A stretch of DNA of 64,000 bases from Massalongia carnosa (Eukaryota), in contig OZ287081.1 in assembly GCA_965645245.1 (NCBI GenBank), forward strand, positions 1,116,001-1,180,000, given 5' to 3'. The notes beneath the pieces were generated by a model that was not told where the DNA came from, ran no database searches, and saw only the letters and a list, made by a program, of their open reading frames with translations. Numbering within the stretch: the stretch's first letter is position 1; each line of letters opens with the position of its first letter. Positions 58,369 to 64,000 of the stretch are shown one piece after another. Made by a program: the position numbers and the translations under genes.

Positions 58369-58973
58369 TAGGGCGAAGGTTTTTTTTTTTGGTGGGGTGA
58401 CCCGATTGGGTGGCTGACCCGAATGGAGGGCTGACCCGAATGAGGGTAAATTACGTTATAGTCAAGCCGTTGCTTGACAGAGACGACGACTTCGTTTTGG
58501 AAGAAGATGGGGACTCCGGACACGGCACTGGTAGAACGAGAAATGCTGTGAAAAAATGGAAGGAGGATCATCGTTTGGAGCATTATTTCAATTGTGCATC
58601 ATCACCCGATTTGTCACCCATTGAAAACTGCTGGCAACCGATTAAACAGCATGTTCGTAAATATTCACATTGGGATGATGCTAATCGTGCTAAACCACTT
58701 TCGGAATGGAAGAGCATCCCTTTAGTGCTTACCATCTCAATGACGCATTGGGCTCAATGTCACCATCTACCCACCATCTTTGACACGTAAACACCCCACC
58801 ATGCCTTCTGATTCTTATTATAAACTCGAAAATCGTATTGAAGAGGCCATCGACGCGCTTCATGATGGTTGGTATAATTTTGCATAAATGGTTCAGGAAA
58901 ATGATCTACATGATGACATTCTCATTGGCACCAGCGACAGTGGTTATTCAAATGATGATTTAGCTATAGACTA

Positions 58974-61900
58974 CTCGTATTCACCCCCATTTGCAACACA
59001 CCCCCATTTGCAACACACCCCCATTTGCAACACACCCCCATTTGCAACACACCCCCATTTGCAACACACCCCCATTTGCAACACACCCCCATTTGCAACA
59101 CACCCCCATTTGCAACACGCTAGTTAGTAAGCACCCGCATTAAAGTCCGCTAACTCCGGTATATCAAATTTTTTTCATTTCTCCCTCTTCTATCTGCATT
59201 GTCAACTTGTCATGGAATTACCTCGCACCCTCCCACGTTTCCTGATCGGGTTAGTATTTAACAGGCTCTCTTGCCGTGAAACCTGCCCTGCATGTTGAAT
59301 AGAACCGTGGCTCGTTATTCCGAACTATCCTGAAAACCTCACCCCATGTGTTCAGACCTTCTTCCGCTGCCTTCAGTGCACTCCCAAACTCCTATATCCC
59401 GAATCCAATCTCAACGTCTCCACTATCCAAGCCTACGACTGGGATTGCCCAGCAGAGAGAGATTGCTTCGGCATGGAGAAAGGCGGAACAGGTCAAAGCG
59501 ATCATGGTTAGGAAATTAGAACGAACAGAGATGAGGGCAAGTCAAGAATAGGGGAGTTGGAAGCCATGGCTATAAAACCTATGTGGTTTCTCAGGTGTTT
59601 GGAGCTCTTCGTCGGACGTCTTGTATACTATCCCTAGACCTAGCTTTCTAATAGTAACTCTTGCATATCTCCCTATCTGCACCTTGTCCATGACACAACT
59701 CAATTAATTCATTATGAACTCAGCAGACGAACTGCCCAAAGAGGAGCGCATTCAGCTTGCTATTGCTTATAGAGAGTCATTTAATGACTGGGAAGCCGGT
59801 CCCGAAGCTTTCGAAGACAAGCCATCCGTTCGAAAAATCGCCCGTAAGCATGGTATCATTCATTCCACCCTTACTAGACGACTTGCAGAAACGAAAACTC
59901 ATAAAAGAAGCTGCTCTATTGCAGCAGCGATTACTTCCGGAGGAGGAATCCGCTCTCGTGGACTGGACAATACAAATGGAGGCATGGGGCTGGCCTCCTC
60001 GTGTAACACAACTTCGCTTTATGGCGTTAGAAATGCTGATAAAGCGAGACGATCGCAACGATTTGGGTATCAATTGGGTGAGCAAATTTTTATCCCGTCA
60101 TAAAGAGTTGGATACTGTGTTTTGTCAGGCATTGGACAAGGAAAGAGCTTTAATGCATAATGCGGAAATGCTCAATCAATGGTTTCAGCTGTACGCAAAG
60201 AATTTTAATCAATACAAATTCAATGAGGAGGACTGCTACAATATGGATGAAAAAGGATTTGCTATGGGACTAGTGGGCAAGCTCAGAGTAATTTGCTCTA
60301 AGCATGATCGACCAGCATTATTGACTCAATGCGGTAATAGAGAATGGGTTTCTCTGATCGAATGTGTATCTGCTGATGGAGCGGTTCTTAAACCATGGGT
60401 TATTTTCAAAGGTAAACAACAGCAAAAGGCCTGGCGTTCATTTATCAAAGAAGGTGGTCACATTGCTCTGAGTGAGAATGGATGGACAAACAATGAAATC
60501 GGTCTGGATTGGTTAAAGCAGTGTTTTGAACCGGAAACACGAAGCCGTTTAAAAGGTCGCTATCGTCTTCTTATTCTCGATGGACATGCTTCTCATCTTA
60601 CTTCAGAAGCGATTCAGTTTTGTAAGGAAAAAGACATCATTCTTTTATGTCTTCCTTCTCATTCAACGGACATGCTTCAGCCTTTAGACGTTGGTGTTTT
60701 TCATCCATTGTCTACAGCCTATCGGGTGGAACTGGAGAAGTATACTAGACTAGGAGTTGGTTCTTCAATTGATAAAGCAGACTTTCTGCTTCTTTATCAA
60801 AAGGCTCGAAACAGAGCTTTATCCACTCAAAATATTCAGCATGCCTGGTCCAAAAGTGGGTTGTTTCCATTCAATCCTGCTATAGTTCTTCAAAAACTTC
60901 CTAGTCCACCTCATCCTTCTACGCCTCCGAAAATGACAGTCACGAGTTCAAATGATGTCTCTGTTTCAGTGGCATTTACTCCAGCAAATGCTGATCAAGT
61001 CAATACTTTGATGGAGCAATTGACTGACAATGACTCAAATCAATTGATTCTCGACAAGCTTGGAAAGGCCTGCAAATCCGCGTTGGCAAGCAGTCATCTT
61101 CTCAGGATTACAAACGAAGAACTTCTTGTAGCTGCTCGTCGTAAACACGAAAGAGCAAATCGAGCGAAGGGACATTATGGTACTGCTAGAATCATGAATT
61201 CGGAGGTTCTCGAGGAACGAGAGCAAAAGCTAGCTAGCAAAGAAAAGGAAAAGATTGATAAACAAATGACCAAAGAGTTCAATCTTTTGGTGAAATCTTT
61301 CAACAAACTCAGTCCCGATTTATTCATGGAGTCAAAACAACGCAGTCCCATCAAGAAAGCTCTTCAAAGGCCTCCGATGCTTCCTCCGCCTTCGGGTTCA
61401 ATCATACTTCTCTCGCCCAGTCCTATCAAGAAGCGATCAAGAGGAAATTCATTGCCAAAAAAGACTTTCATGATTGGGCCGGAGGCGAATAGAATGAAAG
61501 AAATGCGCATCAGTCGAAGTGGTAGGACAATAAAGCCGTCGCAAAGGCTTGATTAAAGAACTAGAAACTCGCCTCGTACGCATGATCCTCCTCCTCCTAG
61601 CCAATAAAAAGTCTCTGTACGTATAAATAGTCCTTTCACAAGTTCATTTGCCCTGAGTTTATCTGTCAAATGATGTTGATGGGACTTCAGGACCTATCCT
61701 AAAAATTCCCTCCGATCCAACACAAGCAACGCCTTCTTGATCAACAGTATCGCTTTTTCGAAGCTCAAACTGGAAGACCTCGTTGATTAGAGGACATCGA
61801 TTGGTCAAGGGAAAGTTATTAGGACAGTCTGCTGCTGTCAGACAGCTGGAAAGTGGGAGTGAAAAGATGAGGTTTAAACGTACATACAAAGGTCAATTCC

Positions 61901-62157
61901 AGTTCTTTTGATGCAGCCATTGGGTTATATTTAAGGTCAATAAATGTTCAGATTATTCCGAACCGACTTCATCAGTTGGCTTGCAATTACTAGCAATTTT
62001 GGTGGCATGCGAAGCTGAAAGGTAAAGGGTTTTCGGATTTTGGTGGGGTGCTTACTAACTAGCGTGTTGCAAATGGGGGTGTGTTGCAAATGGGGGTGTG
62101 TTGCAAATGGGGGTGTGTTGCAAATGGGGGTGTGTTGCAAATGGGGGTGAATACGAG
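58974..62157 (+). mobile_element. Fot1/pogo-like element with 17-bp tandem arrays in its TIRs; transposase 59714..61556 with one frameshift near 59890
   Basis: Ends CTCGTATTCACCCCC.../...GGGGGTGAATACGAG; TA TSD; YNMDEKGF, ILDGHASH, MLQPLDVG. Confidence 0.93.
59208..59695. mobile_element. Solo LTR (488 bp), same family as 10323..10811
   Basis: TGTCATGG...CCATGACA; TSD CAACT at 59203-59207 and 59696-59700. Confidence 0.92.
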
Positions 62158-62493
62158 TAGTTGAATCACTTCATCGAGCATACGAGTAGCAAAAGGCAAG
62201 GTGCATGGCTACTTTTAATCATTGACGGTTTTGGATCGCATATGACCATCCTATGTTTTTAACTAGCCACTGCCAACAACATCGTTTTGTTTCGATTACC
62301 AGCTCATTCCACTCACCTCACCCAGCCATTGGACGTAGGTGTTTTTCAACCATTCAAACACTATCACACCGAGGCAATAGATCGGGCTGTCCGGTTGGGG
62401 GACTGTCAGTTTGGTAAGCTGGAATTTCTCGCTGCATTGCAGGGCTTCCGAAATGAACTATCCACCATCCGTCATGCGTTCAAATCAACCGGA

Positions 62494-62740
62494 TGTCAGC
62501 GCGAGATGCTCTGCTAAGCGATACCTCCCGACACGCTAAATGTTTTAGGTATCGCGTTAGCCTTAGTGGGGAGCTAACCGCATTCAGGTAAGGAAATGGA
62601 TTCCGGGAGTTGCATGGAAAATCTCTGCAGCAATTGATGCTTTCTTCCTTGTGTTCGTCTTGTCTATCTAGTATAGTCATAGCTAGCAATGCCACCACCT
62701 TCACCACCTGAATAGGCCCCCCCGTTGCCGCCTCGTCACA
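62494..62740. mobile_element. Solo LTR (247 bp)
   Basis: TGTCAG...GTCACA; TSD CCGGA at 62489-62493 and 62741-62745. Confidence 0.87.
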
Positions 62741-63107
62741 CCGGAATCGTACCGTTTGACCCAAACGTTGTCCTGGACAAAATTCGAGAAAAGGAGGCAC
62801 GATTGAGGGAGTCAGTCATTCGAACTCCCTTCCCCCCCCCTTTCCATTGAATCAACGCACACCCCATGGGCCCGAATCGGTTATTCGGTACGGTCGAAAG
62901 CTTCAGAGAGCCATTGCCAAAGCGGGACCCAATGATAAACTGGAGGTTCAATAGGTTGAACGGTTCGTTCGCGGTTCGGTGGCATCCGCTCATGCTCTGT
63001 ATTTGACCACTCGAGACCTTCATGCCATGCAGGAAGCAGCTTCATCACGTCAGAAACGAGCCTTTCTTGGTGGACAGGTGGCCTCTCAGGGTGGAATCAT
63101 CAAGGTA

Positions 63108-63311
63108 TGTCACGATAATATAACATAGCATGCTTTCGTACTCTAACACTTGCTTATCTCCGTGATAAGCCCGGCTTAACTCTTTGGTCCTTCCATGATA
63201 GGAGCAGGTCCAGATTGGGACTAGTCTAGATTAGCGGTATATAGACGAGCTTGCTCGCATATCTCAATGGACATCCTTTTACACACCCTTATTATGATGA
63301 TTACCTTTACA
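63108..63311. mobile_element. Solo LTR (204 bp)
   Basis: TGTCAC...TTTACA; TSD AGGTA at 63103-63107 and 63312-63316. Confidence 0.85.
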
Positions 63312-63788
63312 AGGTAAGTCAGTGTAGGGAGCTTTGTTCAAAAAGAAAGCAGAAGGAGGAGGAAAAGGCGAAACGGAAGAAGGCTAGGGAGGAGAAAGCG
63401 GCTGAGAAAAAAAAGATTCTCAGCTGAATCAAATAGCCTTTCTCATCAACGACACACCTTTGGTAGATTAGTCAATTCCTACGTATCAAAAGTGAAACTT
63501 TCACAATCGGGGTTGTTTTGATGATGTGGTGAATTTTTTGGTGGGTAGATGGTGAAAAAAACGACATTGAGCCCAAAGAACTGATTCGGGCTGGTTGGGA
63601 CCGTGTTTCTCAGGAGTTTATAAATGAACGACTGCAAACTGTGATTGACAGTCACTGTGCAATAACTGGCTATTAAACATGTAAATAATGATGTTTTGAT
63701 GAATTTTATGAGAAAGTTTTTGGTGGGGTGATCAGGGGTTAACCTCGGCCCACGTAGCATCTTTTTTTTTCGCCCAGGTATCCCAACC

Positions 63789-63820
63789 TTAGGGTTAGGG
63801 TTTAGGGTTAGGGTTTAGGG
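63789..63820 (+). repeat. Interstitial telomere-type repeat (TTAGGG/TTTAGGG x5)
   Basis: TTAGGG TTAGGG TTTAGGG TTAGGG TTTAGGG followed by unique sequence. Confidence 0.9.
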
Positions 63821-64000
63821 TAACAGAGTTCTGGAATGAAACTCGATCGGATTCGTCTTCTGTTCTACGTACTGTTAATCGTCGGCCTCGCTTAGCTGCC
63901 TCCATACGAGGTGTACCACCTCTAGTCGGGGAAAGCGGTCTGCGTAGGCAAGCGATCTGCGTAGTTTCAATTTCAGGATTTGTCCAAATTCACCCATTTT

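Larger units (their letters stand above)
54770..58456 (+). mobile_element. Fot1/pogo-like element; transposase pseudogene about 54919-56472
   Basis: TIR ACGTAATTTACCCTCATTCGGGTCAGCCC; TA TSD; YNMDEKGF, IVDGHESH, HLL*PLD (CAG to TAG); frameshift near 55005. Confidence 0.92.
58684..63575 (+). mobile_element. Internally deleted pogo-like element; right TIR truncated; carries three insertions
   Basis: Starts after TA at 58682-58683; fragments MPSDSYYKLENRIEEAI, SGYSNDDLAID, IIDGFGSH, HSTHLTQPLDVG; inverted copy of TGGGCTCAATGTC/CACCATCTACCCACC at about 63539-63575. Confidence 0.78.
53892..63780 (+). mobile_element. Second CACG-terminal DD38E Tc1/IS630-like element; host of the right-hand nest
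   Basis: TIR CACGTGGGTGAAAAAAAAAGATACAACGTGGGCCGAGGTTAACCCCTGATCACCCCACC with a degenerate inverted copy ending at 63780; transposase pieces 54010-54769, 58459-58683 and about 63577-63635 are colinear with 23999..24907. Confidence 0.88.

Noticed and set aside
58983..59118. CRISPR-like regular repeat array
   Set aside because: No spacers; head-to-tail 17-mers mirrored at the other end of a transposon in a eukaryotic genome

Overview
Fungal (filamentous ascomycete-type, short GT-AG introns with CTAAC branch points) genomic window with three blocks. (1) 1-30.7 kb is a nested transposon graveyard: old AT-shifted LINE remnants, a Copia, a chromodomain Gypsy, a MULE, pogo/Fot1 and Tc1-like DNA transposons, many solo LTRs with 5-bp TSDs, a MITE and two non-autonomous LTR elements. 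(2) About 32.5-53.8 kb is a TE-free core gene island: urease, HMG-box protein, 2OG-Fe(II) oxygenase, hypothetical protein, FRG1-like, white collar-2, RAD50, GH5 exo-1,3-beta-glucanase, Maf. (3) 53.9-64 kb is a four-level transposon nest that ends beside interstitial telomere-type repeats. The most notable observations are a 567-bp miniature LTR element (TRIM) with identical LTRs whose primer-binding site is complementary to its own LTR (Tf1-type self-priming), plus three more copies of its LTR; a DD38E Tc1/IS630-like family with CACG termini and a 5-bp (non-TA) TSD; a predicted 2-nt micro-exon completing the RAD50 start codon; and a TSD-less MULE joining two 5'-truncated retrotransposons. All calls come from reading the sequence and ORF track by eye; no database searches were run.
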